Shown here one piece after another: positions 33,509-44,457 of a DNA stretch of 64,000 nt. Source of the stretch: Microbacteriaceae bacterium (GTDB lineage: Bacteria; Actinomycetota; Actinomycetes; Actinomycetales; Microbacteriaceae). A model generated the notes under the pieces. That model searched no databases and was not told where the DNA came from. It saw nothing but the letters and a program-made list of their open reading frames with translations. The stretch spans positions 23,907-87,906 of the forward strand of contig JBMOEY010000001.1 in assembly GCA_049314515.1 (NCBI GenBank), read 5' to 3'. Position 1 is the stretch's first letter. Each line of letters opens with the position of its first letter. The position numbers and the translations under genes were made by a program.

Positions 33509-34729
33509 ATGTCAGAAAAGCCGTGGGGTCGCGTCGACGCCGAGGGCAACGTCTACTGCCGCACCCTCGATGGTGAACGTCTCGTCGGGGCCTACCCCGA
33601 TGTAACAGGCGATGAGGCACTTGCCTTTTTTGAGCGCAAATTTGCAGATCTCGCTCTCGCCATCTCGCTCCTCGAGCAACGTCTCAAGCGTGGAGCTCCC
33701 GCATCTGACTTGAGGGCTAATGCTGAGACACTTCGGGCCGGCGTTGTGGCCGGGCACGGAGTGGGGGATTTCGCTTCGCTCCTTACTCGTCTCGATGGCA
33801 TTAACGCATCGCTTGCGAGCCTCGAAGAAGCACAGAATGAACAAAATCAAGAGGCCACAGACGCCGCAATCGCGATTCGAACGGCGATAGTTGAGCAAAT
33901 GGAAACATTGTCGGCCTCCGTTTCCGCATCTACTAATTGGAAGACCACGACTGCCTCAGCCGACACCCTTTTTGAGCAGTGGCAGGAACATCAAAAGTCG
34001 ACACCACGTTTTCCCAAAGCCGTCGCAAATGATCTCTGGAAGCGCTTCCGCACGGCAAAATCCGCCATCGACAGCGCGCGACGGGCGCACTTTGCTCAGG
34101 TAGACGCCAAGAATAAAGAAAGCAAAGGTGTCAAAGAAACACTCATCGCGAAGGCCGAGGCTCTTGCTAGCAAAGGGTCAGCTGGAATTCCAGCGTACCG
34201 AGGCTTGCTCGAAGAATGGAAAGTAGCGCCGAGGGCGGGTAGAAAACTGGACGATGCGTTATGGGCGCGATTCAAGGCCGCTGGCGACGCACTTTACGAG
34301 GCCAAGGCAACTGAACTTGCCGTCGAAGACGCGACTTTTGCAGAAAATCTAAAAATAAAGGAAGCCCTCCTCGTTGAGGCGGAACCGATTCTCTCGATGA
34401 CGGACCGAGTCGCCGCGCGCAGCGCTCTCAATGCGATCTCGAAGAAGTGGGATGCCGCTGGCAAGGTACCTCGCAACTCGGTCAAGTCAATCGAAGACCG
34501 CATGCGAAAGATTGAGGCCGCGGTTCGTAAACTTGACGAGGCGCATTGGGATGCGACAAATCCGGAACGACTTGCGCGCCAGTCTGAACTAGCCACAGCA
34601 ATCCTCGAGAAGATTGCAAAACTCGAGGCGGAATTGGCAGTTGCGCAGGCAGGAAATAAGCAAACGGAGATCGCCGAGCTCACTGCCGCACTCGAGACGC
34701 AAAAGTCCTGGCTCACCATCGTCAAATAG
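33509..34729 (+). CDS. DUF349 domain-containing protein
   Basis: 406-aa ORF beginning WGRVDAEGNVY and rich in Ala/Glu/Lys helical repeats. The signature LW.RF....D....R..... recurs several times, typical of actinobacterial DUF349. Confidence 0.8.
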   Translation: MSEKPWGRVDAEGNVYCRTLDGERLVGAYPDVTGDEALAFFERKFADLALAISLLEQRLKRGAPASDLRANAETLRAGVVAGHGVGDFASLLTRLDGINASLASLEEAQNEQNQEATDAAIAIRTAIVEQMETLSASVSASTNWKTTTASADTLFEQWQEHQKSTPRFPKAVANDLWKRFRTAKSAIDSARRAHFAQVDAKNKESKGVKETLIAKAEALASKGSAGIPAYRGLLEEWKVAPRAGRKLDDALWARFKAAGDALYEAKATELAVEDATFAENLKIKEALLVEAEPILSMTDRVAARSALNAISKKWDAAGKVPRNSVKSIEDRMRKIEAAVRKLDEAHWDATNPERLARQSELATAILEKIAKLEAELAVAQAGNKQTEIAELTAALETQKSWLTIVK

Positions 34730-34789
34730 CTTTTCCACAGTTCCAACGTTAAGTGCGACTCGTCGCGCTGTGGATGCGAAACTTCGGTC

Positions 34790-35368
34790 ATGACGTCGAC
34801 TCACTCGTGGCGAAACCTCTCACCGACAGAAATTGCCGCACTCGCTCTCGACGGAGAATTGTGGCGCAGTCAGGCTACGGTGTGTGAAACAGATACTCCC
34901 GATGACGCTATGTCACGGATCTCGTTTGCCCGAACCCACTGTCCTCGCGACACAATCTTCGCGCGCACGAGTGCCGCCTGGATTTGGGATGCCTTCGACC
35001 GTATTCCCTCACGTTGGACCGTGACGTCGCGGACAAAGGCGCGTCTCGCAACGATACCCAACCAACACTTCGTCGTCTGCGACTTGAAGCTGGAGGCGGC
35101 AGATGTCGTGAATGTAAACGAGTCATTTGTCACGTCACCAACGCGCACCGCGATTGACATAGCCCGATACGAAACGGCGTTGCCGGAGCCAACGGTGGTT
35201 GACATCATTCGCCGATTGCTCGCAACAGCTTCCGGACATACCGACCAAGGGCTCGAGATATACGAACAGGTCTCCCAGTCGAGACATCTCCCCTATAAAC
35301 AAAGATGTCTCGAGCGACTAGCTCGCGCGACAGCTGTTCAGCCCTCACTCACCCGATACACGTCGTAA
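34790..35368 (+). CDS. hypothetical protein with weak AbiEi-antitoxin-like features
   Basis: 192-aa ORF with coding-like composition. The segments ARTSAAWIWDA and VTSPTRTAIDIAR resemble the (T)AAW.HG and TTP.RT..DL.R signatures of AbiEi/transcriptional-regulator-like proteins. No search was run. Confidence 0.45.
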   Translation: MTSTHSWRNLSPTEIAALALDGELWRSQATVCETDTPDDAMSRISFARTHCPRDTIFARTSAAWIWDAFDRIPSRWTVTSRTKARLATIPNQHFVVCDLKLEAADVVNVNESFVTSPTRTAIDIARYETALPEPTVVDIIRRLLATASGHTDQGLEIYEQVSQSRHLPYKQRCLERLARATAVQPSLTRYTS

Positions 35369-37596
35369 ACCGAATCGATTCTCCTGACCGCACTGAGAAG
35401 TCGATCTAGGTGAATGGGGTCCGTCATTTCGAAAACAAATCGACTAATTGCGACACGATCCTGACTAGTTGAAACGGACGCGCTCAATATGTTGACGTGA
35501 TTTTCTGACAGGACGCGAGTGACATCGCTGAGAAGACCTGAGCGGTCGAGAGCTTCGATTTGAATTTGAACGAGGTAGGTTCCTTTGGAATTTGGAGCCC
35601 ATTCGACGTCAATCAGTCGCTCTGATTGGGTTTGCAGGTTTATCACATTGTGACAACTCGCCTGATGAACGGAAACGCCCTGACCTCGCGTGACAAATCC
35701 CGCGATTTCATCGCCGGGTACTGGGGTGCAGCACTTGGCCAATTTCACAAGGATATCCGGGGCCCCGCGAACGAGCACCCCAGAATCACCTGATCGAGAG
35801 GACTGTTGTGGCGAGCGCGTTGGAACGACGAAATCGGTGGATTCCAGGTCGTGTTCGGTGTTGAGCGACGCGAGAATCTTTTCTAAAACACTTTGCACCG
35901 AGACGTGACCCTCACCTATAGCGGCGTAAAGTGCGCTGACATCGTCATAGCGCAATGTGGCCGTCACGGTTCCCAACGACTCTGGCGTCAGCAATCGCTG
36001 CAACGGGAGGTTTTGTTTTCGCATCGAGCGGGCAAGTGCGTCTTTGCCTTGCTCGATGGCCTCTTCTCGTCGTTCCTTAGAGAACCAAGCCTTGATTTTA
36101 TTTCGTGTCCTCGTCGACTTGACGAAGTTCAGCCAGTCCTGACTTGGGCCCGCATCTGGATTCTTCGACGTCAAGATTTCGACCACATCACCGGTGGCGA
36201 GGGCGCTCTCCAGTGTGACGATGCGACCGTTTACCTTGGCGCCCATAGTTCGATGACCGACTTCCGTATGGACAGCGTAGGCAAAGTCAATCGGCGTCGC
36301 GCCCTGGGGCAAGCCGACAACCCGGCCCTTGGGTGTGAAAACGTAGACCTCCTTCGCACCAATTTCAAATCTCAGCGAATCGAGAAATTCACTGGGATCG
36401 TCAGTCTCGGCCTGCCAGTCATTTATATGTGCAAGCCACGCCATATCGGTGTCCTGCACCGACAACGCGTTCGACTTCGTTGCTGAAACACGTTCCTTGT
36501 ACATCCAGTGGGCGGCGACACCGTACTCAGCGCGGTTGTGCATTTCGGGAGTTCGAATTTGAATTTCAACCGCCCGACCTTCGGGCCCGACTACCGTCGT
36601 GTGCAGCGACTGGTAAAGATTGAACTTCGGAGTTGCGATGTAGTCCTTGAATCGCCCAGGCAAAGGATTCCAACGGGCATGGATGAGTCCCAGAACCGCG
36701 TAGCAGTCACGCACCGTTGGAACAATGATTCGGATTCCGACGAGGTCAAAAATATCCTCAAATTCGCGACCCCGCTGCACCATTTTTTGGTAGATCGAAT
36801 AGAACTGCTTTGGCCTACCCGCAACATCTCCTCGGACTTTGGCTAGTCGAAGGTCATCCTTAACGTCCACGATGACACGCGAAACAAAGTCCTCACGCTG
36901 AGGCTGTCGATCGGTGACCAGACTCTCGATTTCTCCATAGATCTTGGGATGGAGCACAGCGAATGCAAGGTCCTCCAATTCCCACTTCATCGTCTGGATG
37001 CCTAACCGGTGGGCGAGTGGAGTATAAATCTCCAGGGTCTCGCGTGCCTTGCGCTCCGCGCTTTCGGCCGGCATGAATCCCCACGTACGCGCATTGTGCA
37101 GGCGATCGGCAAGCTTTATCACCAGAACGCGAATATCCTTTGACATCGCGACAATCATTTTTCGGACTGTTTCCGCCTGTGCGCTATCGCCGTACTTAAC
37201 CTTGTCGAGTTTGGTCACCCCATCGACCAGCATCGCGACCTCGGGACCAAAATCTGCGCTGACCATACCAAGCGAGTAGTCAGTATCTTCAACGGTGTCG
37301 TGCAATAAGGCTGCCTGTATCGTTTTAGCGCCAATTCCCAGTTCCGCGAGAATTTGTGCCACGGCAACGGGGTGCGTGATGTACGGCTCTCCGGAGCGTC
37401 TCAGTTGCCCCTCGTGCGCCCGTTTTGCCGTTTGGTAGGCCCGCTCGATGCCAAGAAAGTCAGCCTTCGGATGATGCTTGCGGACTGTCTTGACAAGGCG
37501 GTCGAACCCACCAGTCTCCTGGGTTCGACTGAAAAGACGAGGAACGAGGCGGCGCAGGGAAGGCGTCGTCGTCGGTGACGGCGGTGCATCAACCAT
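35338..37596 (-). CDS. relA: bifunctional (p)ppGpp synthetase/hydrolase
   Basis: 752-aa ORF with an HD domain (HPVAVAQILAELG...LHDTVEDT) and a synthetase domain (RPKQFYSIYQKM......DL.G.R). TGS and ACT regions follow. Confidence 0.97.
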   Translation of the reverse strand: MVDAPPSPTTTPSLRRLVPRLFSRTQETGGFDRLVKTVRKHHPKADFLGIERAYQTAKRAHEGQLRRSGEPYITHPVAVAQILAELGIGAKTIQAALLHDTVEDTDYSLGMVSADFGPEVAMLVDGVTKLDKVKYGDSAQAETVRKMIVAMSKDIRVLVIKLADRLHNARTWGFMPAESAERKARETLEIYTPLAHRLGIQTMKWELEDLAFAVLHPKIYGEIESLVTDRQPQREDFVSRVIVDVKDDLRLAKVRGDVAGRPKQFYSIYQKMVQRGREFEDIFDLVGIRIIVPTVRDCYAVLGLIHARWNPLPGRFKDYIATPKFNLYQSLHTTVVGPEGRAVEIQIRTPEMHNRAEYGVAAHWMYKERVSATKSNALSVQDTDMAWLAHINDWQAETDDPSEFLDSLRFEIGAKEVYVFTPKGRVVGLPQGATPIDFAYAVHTEVGHRTMGAKVNGRIVTLESALATGDVVEILTSKNPDAGPSQDWLNFVKSTRTRNKIKAWFSKERREEAIEQGKDALARSMRKQNLPLQRLLTPESLGTVTATLRYDDVSALYAAIGEGHVSVQSVLEKILASLNTEHDLESTDFVVPTRSPQQSSRSGDSGVLVRGAPDILVKLAKCCTPVPGDEIAGFVTRGQGVSVHQASCHNVINLQTQSERLIDVEWAPNSKGTYLVQIQIEALDRSGLLSDVTRVLSENHVNILSASVSTSQDRVAISRFVFEMTDPIHLDRLLSAVRRIDSVYDVYRVSEG

Positions 37597-37654
37597 ATTT
37601 CCTCCTCTCCCCCATTATGCGATGGAAATCGAAAGGAGCGAGACTTGACTGCGA

Positions 37655-38656
37655 CTACGACGAAACGGTGTCCTGGTGCACTCGACTTTGTTCAGCAAGA
37701 ACCTTTTTGTCGTGTTTAGAAATTGCTGGTTCACGCTGACGAAGTTGTGCGTACATCGGAGCCGCGAGGAACAGCGTCGAATACGTTCCCACGGCGATTC
37801 CAATGAGAAGCGCGAGGGAAATATCCCGAAGAGTTCCTGCGCCGAGAACAAAAGCGCCGATGAAGAGGATGGACGCAACGGGCAGCGCTGCCACGACCGA
37901 CGTGTTAATCGATCGCACCAAGGTCTGATTAATGGCGAGGTTGACCTGTTGACCAAACGTCTTGGACTGATCGGCACCGTTTCCCAGGGTGTTCTCTCGA
38001 ATCTTGTCGAAGACCACGACTGTGTCGTAAAGCGAATAACCGAGAATCGTCAGCAGTCCAATGACCGCACCAGGAGTAACCTCAAATCCCGTTATTCCGT
38101 ATATTCCCGCTGTAATGATGACATCGTGAATCAATGCAACGATCGCGACGAGCGACATCTTCCAGGTCCGGAAGTAGAGTGCCATCACAATTGCCGCCAA
38201 GATAAGAAACACGATAAGACCACGAATTGCTTGACTCGTAATGTCCTGGCCCCAAGTTGCTCCAATGAACGATGCCGTGACTTGTTCCGGGGTGACGTTG
38301 TAGTCGCTGGCAAGTTGTTGACGAATCTCACGAGTCTGAACATCCGTGAGTTGGCTCGTCTGGACTCGAATCGACTCAGTTCCGAGAGTTGAGACTTTCG
38401 CTGCGACATCCGGCACGACGGACGTGACGGCATTCGTTGCGATGGCCTGGTCGCCACCTGGAACGCCCGAAACGACAAACTCGGACCCACCTGTGAATTC
38501 GATGCCGAAGTTGAAGCCACCCCGAGCAATCGGCCCCAAGATGCTCACGAGTATGAGGAGTGTCGATACGAGGTACCAGATCTTGCGACGACCCACAAAA
38601 TTAACGGACCGTGCACCGGTGTAGAGGTCGTTTCCAAGCGAGGTCAAGCTGGCCAT
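37655..38656 (-). CDS. secF: protein translocase subunit SecF
   Basis: 333-aa multi-TM ORF containing GIEFTGG and LGYSLYDTVVVFD.IREN. Its start overlaps the secD stop by 1 nt. Confidence 0.94.
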   Translation of the reverse strand: MASLTSLGNDLYTGARSVNFVGRRKIWYLVSTLLILVSILGPIARGGFNFGIEFTGGSEFVVSGVPGGDQAIATNAVTSVVPDVAAKVSTLGTESIRVQTSQLTDVQTREIRQQLASDYNVTPEQVTASFIGATWGQDITSQAIRGLIVFLILAAIVMALYFRTWKMSLVAIVALIHDVIITAGIYGITGFEVTPGAVIGLLTILGYSLYDTVVVFDKIRENTLGNGADQSKTFGQQVNLAINQTLVRSINTSVVAALPVASILFIGAFVLGAGTLRDISLALLIGIAVGTYSTLFLAAPMYAQLRQREPAISKHDKKVLAEQSRVHQDTVSS

Positions 38657-40368
38657 TAGTCGTCACCCTTCACAGCTACATTCGTATCCGAAGAGCCTGC
38701 CTTGCGTTCGGCAATGGTCTGTCGACGGGCGGCCTCTTTTGCCGATTTCGCCGCCTTGCCTGCAGAAACACGTGCGGCGGACGGTGCCGCAAATTGAGCT
38801 CGCCCTCGATAGACGGCTCCCAGAGCCACCGGGTCTAGCCCGCTGAGTCGATGACCGCTTGCGAAGAAGCCGTTTCGGCTCAGCAAACGCAATACAGGGT
38901 GCGTGAACAGTGACACGACGAACAGGTCGACAATTGTCGTTAGACCCAGGGTCAACGCAAATCCTCGGACGTTTCCAACAGCGAGGACAAACAAGACGCC
39001 GGCAGCAAGGAAGTTCACCGCATCCGAAGCAATGATGGTTCTGATCGCACGGCGCCAGCCATTTTCTACCGCTGACTCGAGACCTCGACCGTCACGAAGT
39101 TCGTCACGAATCCGCTCGAAGTAAACGATAAACGAGTCCGCCGTAATTCCGATAGCGACAATAAGACCAGCAACACCGGCAAGAGACAATCGGTAGCCCT
39201 CGCGCCACGAGAGCAAAGTGACCAAAAAGTAAGTGATTACTGCGGCGACGGCCAGTGAAAAGACGGTAACGAGTCCGAGAGTTCGGTATTGAATCAGAGA
39301 ATAGACAACGACCAGGATCAATCCAATGAGACCGGCAAGTAGTCCACTTTGCAATTGCGTCGAACCCAGGGTTGCAGAAATGGAATCCGAGCTCTGTACC
39401 TCGAATCCAATGGGAAGCGCTCCGTATTTGAGCTGATCGGCCAGCGTCTTCGCAGACTCCTGCGTGAATCCTCCACTGATCTGAGGCTTTCCATCGGTAA
39501 TGACAGCTTTCGTGGCCGGTGCAGAGATGACTCGCCCGTCGAGCACGATGGCGAACTGATTCAGCGAGCCTTGAAGTGCGTTGAGGCGAGACGTAATGTC
39601 GGCAAATTTAGTCGTTCCCGCGCCATTGAAAACCAAGTTGACCGCCCACTGTCCGGTCGAGGCACCGGTCTGCGTGGTGATGAGTCCAGCGGAAGCATCG
39701 CTGATGTCACTTCCATCAAGTTCGACGGGGCCGAGAATAAACTTTGCCGTATTCGTGTCGTCGCACGTAACCAATGGCTCGTCGGCGGGCGCAGCGTTGG
39801 TCGCGTTCGCTGCCTCGGATCCACACGTGAAAGCCAAATAGCGAGACTGCAATTCAGGCGTGATCCAGTTGAGATCGGATGCGTTTGATGGCGCGATACT
39901 CGGCGTGTTCGGAAGAGTCGGATCATATGTCGGCGTAATAGTTGCTCCGTCGGGACCCACCTGCTCCGAGGACGGCGCACCTGCAACAAGTACCGGGCGA
40001 AAATCTAGCTTCGCCGATGCTTGAATACGAGCAAGAGTCTGGTCATCTGGTTGTCCCGGAATCGACACAACGATGTTGTTGCTGCCCTGCGTATTGATTT
40101 CCGACTCAGAGACACCCGCGGCGTCAATACGCTGACGGATGATGGACACGGCTTGCGTGAGTTGCTCGGAGCTGACCGTCTCACCACTTTGCAGAGTGGG
40201 CGTCAAGACAATCTGCGTTCCACCTTCGAGGTCGAGTGCGAGCTTAGGTGTCCAACTCGCGCCGCTCCACAAGACTCCCGCCCCATTCGCGCCAATCAGC
40301 GCGACGATGAGAACGAGAAGCCAGACGAGCGGGCGCCATGCCGAACGGGAGGATGATTGCTTGGCCAC
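38656..40368 (-). CDS. secD: protein translocase subunit SecD
   Basis: 570-aa ORF containing LDLEGGT, AG.AGLI..IGI.ADSFIV.FERI.DE and a large periplasmic loop. Confidence 0.94.
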   Translation of the reverse strand: MAKQSSSRSAWRPLVWLLVLIVALIGANGAGVLWSGASWTPKLALDLEGGTQIVLTPTLQSGETVSSEQLTQAVSIIRQRIDAAGVSESEINTQGSNNIVVSIPGQPDDQTLARIQASAKLDFRPVLVAGAPSSEQVGPDGATITPTYDPTLPNTPSIAPSNASDLNWITPELQSRYLAFTCGSEAANATNAAPADEPLVTCDDTNTAKFILGPVELDGSDISDASAGLITTQTGASTGQWAVNLVFNGAGTTKFADITSRLNALQGSLNQFAIVLDGRVISAPATKAVITDGKPQISGGFTQESAKTLADQLKYGALPIGFEVQSSDSISATLGSTQLQSGLLAGLIGLILVVVYSLIQYRTLGLVTVFSLAVAAVITYFLVTLLSWREGYRLSLAGVAGLIVAIGITADSFIVYFERIRDELRDGRGLESAVENGWRRAIRTIIASDAVNFLAAGVLFVLAVGNVRGFALTLGLTTIVDLFVVSLFTHPVLRLLSRNGFFASGHRLSGLDPVALGAVYRGRAQFAAPSAARVSAGKAAKSAKEAARRQTIAERKAGSSDTNVAVKGDD

Positions 40369-40425
40369 AGGGGAATCGCCTTTTGTGTCGTGGAAGGATG
40401 TATGCCGCCAGTTCGGCGACAGAAA

Positions 40426-40749
40426 CTACTTCTTGGCCTCGTCCGAGGCGGGAGCCTCCACGGCATCGAGAACACGGACCACGGCCTGACGGGCAACGGT
40501 CATGGTGGTCTTCGGCGCGATTTCGAGAACGACCTTGTTCTCACTCTCGTCGATGGACTTCACAGTGGCGTACACGCCAAAGCTCGTCATGACAGATGCG
40601 CCAGCGACAACACGCTTCTGCAGCTCCAACGCGTCCTTTTGACGTTTGCGGCCGTTGCGAATCATAAAGACAACCAGCACGCCAAGAACGGCAATCATCA
40701 AGATTGTGGTGAAGTCAAATTGCATGATTGTTGGACTACTTTCACTCAA
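40426..40749 (-). CDS. yajC: preprotein translocase subunit YajC
   Basis: 107-aa ORF; an alternative ATG at 40725 gives MQFDF. It has a TM helix, then R.QKD...L...V.G..V.T..G..ATV. Confidence 0.88.
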   Translation of the reverse strand: MSESSPTIMQFDFTTILMIAVLGVLVVFMIRNGRKRQKDALELQKRVVAGASVMTSFGVYATVKSIDESENKVVLEIAPKTTMTVARQAVVRVLDAVEAPASDEAKK

Positions 40750-40801
40750 GTTTCAGGCGCAACTGCGCCCGTTCAGTATAGGTCACTCGTGCGGACTCGA
40801 C

Positions 40802-41830
40802 TTAGAACAACGACGTCGGAGACGGGGCGACGGGGCGTGAGTGTCCGAGGTGTTCATACGCGGCATCGGTTGCGATCCGACCTCGAGAAGTTCGCGTGAT
40901 CAACCCTTCTCGAATCAGGAATGGCTCCACCACCGCTTCGATTGTCTCTGAGTCTTCTCCAATCGACACGGCGAGCGAACTGACACCGACCGGTCCGCCG
41001 TTAAACCGCACAATCAAGGCCTCGAGTACCGATCGATCCAGACGATCCAAGCCCCGTTTGTCTACGTCATAAAGGGTCAGTGCCGAATCCGCGACAACCT
41101 CAGGCGCAGTCAGCGGGTGAACCTCCAGGAAATCTCTTACGCGCCTCAAAAGACGATTTGCGATTCGTGGTGTTCCTCGAGAGCGACGAGCAATTTCGAG
41201 CAGTGCATCTTTGGGGAGCGTGACGTCCAACAAAGCAGCCGAACGGGTCACCACGTCTAACAGCTCGTCGGACGAATAAAACTCAAGATGGCCCGTGAAA
41301 CCGAATCGATCACGCAGCGGGCTCGCCAACAAACCGGTTCGAGTTGTCGCACCAACCAACGTGAAGGCAGGCAAGTCGAGAGGAATCGACGTGGCTCCGG
41401 CACCTTTGCCCACCATGATGTCGACCCGAAAATCTTCCATGGCCAGATACAGCATCTCCTCTGCCGACTTTGCCATTCGATGAATTTCGTCAATAAAAAG
41501 AACATCTCCGGGTTGGAGCGACGACAGCAAAGCAGCGAGGTCACCCGCATGAGAAATTGCCGGCCCGCTCGAGAGACGCATTGGCCGATTGCTCTCGCGA
41601 GCCACAATCATCGCCAGGGTTGTCTTGCCGAGCCCTGGTGGTCCCGCCAACAAAATGTGATCGGGTGCACGCCCGCCGGATTCGGCAGCACGCAGAAGCA
41701 AACCCAGTTGTCCGACAACCTTGGTCTGACCCACAAAATCGCGGAGCGAATTCGGTCTGAGTGCTCCCTCGTACGCGCCCTCACTAGGGTCGATCAATTC
41801 CGGACTGACCGTTTCGGGAACGTCGGTCAT
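40802..41830 (-). CDS. ruvB: Holliday junction branch migration helicase RuvB
   Basis: 342-aa ORF containing [31 protein letters not shown] and [16 protein letters not shown]. Confidence 0.97.
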   Translation of the reverse strand: MTDVPETVSPELIDPSEGAYEGALRPNSLRDFVGQTKVVGQLGLLLRAAESGGRAPDHILLAGPPGLGKTTLAMIVARESNRPMRLSSGPAISHAGDLAALLSSLQPGDVLFIDEIHRMAKSAEEMLYLAMEDFRVDIMVGKGAGATSIPLDLPAFTLVGATTRTGLLASPLRDRFGFTGHLEFYSSDELLDVVTRSAALLDVTLPKDALLEIARRSRGTPRIANRLLRRVRDFLEVHPLTAPEVVADSALTLYDVDKRGLDRLDRSVLEALIVRFNGGPVGVSSLAVSIGEDSETIEAVVEPFLIREGLITRTSRGRIATDAAYEHLGHSRPVAPSPTSLF

Positions 41831-42453
41831 GACCCCACTCCAGGGGAGCCGAGTTCGGATAGGCTCGCGCGCAGAAGCGCCGCAGAATCAAACGTCGTCG
41901 ACGACGATAGAACACGGACCACGGTCTCCGAGGCGTGCTTTTCATTCCACCCGAGCCCAACCAGAGCCGCAACGACCTGAGTTTGCATGGCGGAACTAGC
42001 TGAATCCTGATTGAGATTCGAAACATGAGTCTCGACCAACTCGTCCCCTAGGAGGTGCGTCAGACGCCCGGCAAGCGACACGACGACTAGCTTGGCGGTT
42101 TTTGGTCCTATTCCAGAGACATTGCGGAACGGTGCATCATCCTCGGCGACCACCGCGGCATAAATCTCGCGCGGACTCAAATGACTCAGTACAGCCAGTG
42201 CCGAGCGGGGTCCGATACCGCTGACGGTCAACAAGGCATCAAAGATAGTCAGTTCTGATTCGGATTCGAATCCGAAGAGCTGCATCGCGTCTTCACGCAC
42301 AATGAGTCGAGTCAGAAAATGGGATTCTTCACCAATGTGAAGTTGGCGAGTGTGAGCCGGAGTCAGCGAAACTGAATAACCTACTCCCCCGACATCGACC
42401 ACGCAGGCGGACGACGACACGGCGACAATCTCCCCACGAAGCGACGCAATCAC
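41827..42453 (-). CDS. ruvA: Holliday junction DNA helicase RuvA
   Basis: 208-aa ORF beginning MIASLRGEI and containing LL.VSGIGP..ALA.LS and V.GIGPKTA. Confidence 0.94.
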   Translation of the reverse strand: MIASLRGEIVAVSSSACVVDVGGVGYSVSLTPAHTRQLHIGEESHFLTRLIVREDAMQLFGFESESELTIFDALLTVSGIGPRSALAVLSHLSPREIYAAVVAEDDAPFRNVSGIGPKTAKLVVVSLAGRLTHLLGDELVETHVSNLNQDSASSAMQTQVVAALVGLGWNEKHASETVVRVLSSSTTFDSAALLRASLSELGSPGVGS

Positions 42454-42462
42454 GGCTGAAGA

Positions 42463-43041
42463 CTAGTTTGAAGTTCGGTTTCGACGAGCGAGGCTCTCCG
42501 CGTCGCGCCAACGTTGTTGAGCGGGAGTCAACTCAGACGACTTCGCTCGCGTTCCACCTCCGAGGCCGGTCCCACCGCGCCACGCATTACAAATGGCAAG
42601 TGCCAAAGCATCGGTCGCATCGGGTAGCAACTTTTCATCGCCCATACTGAGGATGCGCCTGACCATGTTGGCTACTTGAACCTTATTTGCACGCCCCGAG
42701 CCCGAAACCGACGCTTTGACTTCGGTAGGTGTATGTAGATCGACGCCAATCTCCCGGTCGGCCGCTTCGACAAGGAGGAGTCCACTTACCTGCGCAGTAC
42801 CCATGACGGAACGAAGGTTTTGTTGCGCAAAGACTCTTTCTAAAGCGACGCGATCCGGCAGATATGTGTCGAACAATCGAACAAACGCGTCTCGAATCGT
42901 CAGCAATCTCATCGGCGCGTCCGCCGTCGAGGGCGTCTGAACAACCTCGACGTGAACCAAAGCCAACGTTCGCGAAGAACTTAGATCGATGACGCCGATC
43001 CCGCAGCGCGTTAGTCCCGGGTCAACTCCGAGAATCCGCAC
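42463..43041 (-). CDS. ruvC: crossover junction endodeoxyribonuclease RuvC
   Basis: 192-aa ORF beginning MRILGVDPGLTRCGIGVID and containing DATDALALAICN. Confidence 0.95.
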   Translation of the reverse strand: MRILGVDPGLTRCGIGVIDLSSSRTLALVHVEVVQTPSTADAPMRLLTIRDAFVRLFDTYLPDRVALERVFAQQNLRSVMGTAQVSGLLLVEAADREIGVDLHTPTEVKASVSGSGRANKVQVANMVRRILSMGDEKLLPDATDALALAICNAWRGGTGLGGGTRAKSSELTPAQQRWRDAESLARRNRTSN

Positions 43042-43055
43042 GACGAAGACCCGGC

Positions 43056-43814
43056 CTAGTCTTGTTCGAGCTCGGCGAGGACGGCTTCAGACAAGTCGAA
43101 GTTACTAAAAACGTTCTGCACGTCATCGGAGTCCTCGAGCGCCTCAATCAGCTTGAAGACTTTGCGCGCGGTTTCTGCTTCTATTTCGACGGCCAGGTTG
43201 GGAACAAATTCACTATCTGCTGACTCGTAGTCGATACCCGACGCCTGAAGTGCTGTCCGAACTGGCACAAGGTTTGCCGTATCCGTGATGATTTCGAATG
43301 TGCCACCCTGCAGGGATACGTCCTCGGCGCCCGCGTCGAGGACGGCGGCCAGAATATCGTCCTCGGTAGCGCCGCCTTCGGCCGCAACTCGGATAACGCC
43401 CTTGCGGCTGAAGTTGTAAGCCACCGATCCCGGATCAGCCATGGTTCCGCCATTCCGTGACATGGCGGTTCGAACTTCCGCCGCTGCACGGTTCTTGTTA
43501 TCGGTCAAACACTCAATCAACAGGGCGACGCCGTTGGGACCATAACCCTCGTACATGATTGTCTGATAATCCACCGCATCGCCGGAAAGGCCCGCCCCAC
43601 GCTTGACGGCCCGGTCTATGTTGTCGTTGGGAACACTGGTTTTCTTGGCTTTTTGGATGGCGTCAACGAGGGTTGGATTACCACTCAAGTCGGCGCCCCC
43701 GAGCTTGGCGGCGACTTCGATGTTCTTGATGAGTTTGGCAAACGACTTCGCACGCCGTGCGTCAATAACGGCTTTCTTGTGCTTGGTTGTCGCCCATTTG
43801 GAGTGTCCAGACAT
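43056..43814 (-). CDS. YebC/PmpR family DNA-binding transcriptional regulator
   Basis: The track ORF extends to 43868. ATG at 43814 gives the canonical N-terminus [29 protein letters not shown]. Confidence 0.93.
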   Translation of the reverse strand: MSGHSKWATTKHKKAVIDARRAKSFAKLIKNIEVAAKLGGADLSGNPTLVDAIQKAKKTSVPNDNIDRAVKRGAGLSGDAVDYQTIMYEGYGPNGVALLIECLTDNKNRAAAEVRTAMSRNGGTMADPGSVAYNFSRKGVIRVAAEGGATEDDILAAVLDAGAEDVSLQGGTFEIITDTANLVPVRTALQASGIDYESADSEFVPNLAVEIEAETARKVFKLIEALEDSDDVQNVFSNFDLSEAVLAELEQD

Positions 43815-43824
43815 AACGACGATT

Positions 43825-44457
43825 CTAGCTACGGTGGCGGGGCTTGCCCCTCGACGCCACGTGGTCAATGACCAGAGCTACGAAGAACTCGTGCACACGA
43901 GCGTCACCTTCTAATTCCGGATGAAAGCTGATTCCAATCGCGTTTCCCTGTCGAACCCCAACGACTCGTCCGTCATCGAGCGCAGCGATCACCTCGGCGC
44001 GGGTCCCAACGCGCTCCACCACCGGAGCTCGAATGAATGCCGCAGCGATAGGTGTCGCGGCAATCGCGGGTGCCGAAACCCCGACCTCGAACGAGTCGAC
44101 CTGAGCGCCGAACGCGTTGCGCCGCACATCCACATCGATGCCACCGAGAGATTGTTGGCCATCGATGGCATCGAGCACGTGATCGGCAAGCATGATGAGC
44201 CCTGCACAGGTTCCGAGCACCGGCATGCCCTCGGAAATGCGGCGACGTAACGGCTCGAACAACCCAAAATATCGGGCGAGTTTGTCCATCACCGACGATT
44301 CTCCGCCCGGAATGATGAGCCCGTCCACGTCGTTCAACTCGGATTCCCGGCGAACAAGAATTGGTTCGATGCCGATTTCTCGAAGCATCAGGACGTGTTC
44401 GCGCACGTCTCCCTGGAGTGAGAGAACGCCGATTCGCGGTTGAACGCTACCAGCCAC
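43825..44457 (-). CDS. pdxT: pyridoxal 5'-phosphate synthase glutaminase subunit
   Basis: The track ORF extends to 44652, inside pdxS. GTG at 44457 gives (M)[20 protein letters not shown]...IPGGESS...GTCAG.I.L...HPE. It overlaps the pdxS stop by 11 bp. Confidence 0.88.
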   Translation of the reverse strand: MAGSVQPRIGVLSLQGDVREHVLMLREIGIEPILVRRESELNDVDGLIIPGGESSVMDKLARYFGLFEPLRRRISEGMPVLGTCAGLIMLADHVLDAIDGQQSLGGIDVDVRRNAFGAQVDSFEVGVSAPAIAATPIAAAFIRAPVVERVGTRAEVIAALDDGRVVGVRQGNAIGISFHPELEGDARVHEFFVALVIDHVASRGKPRHRS

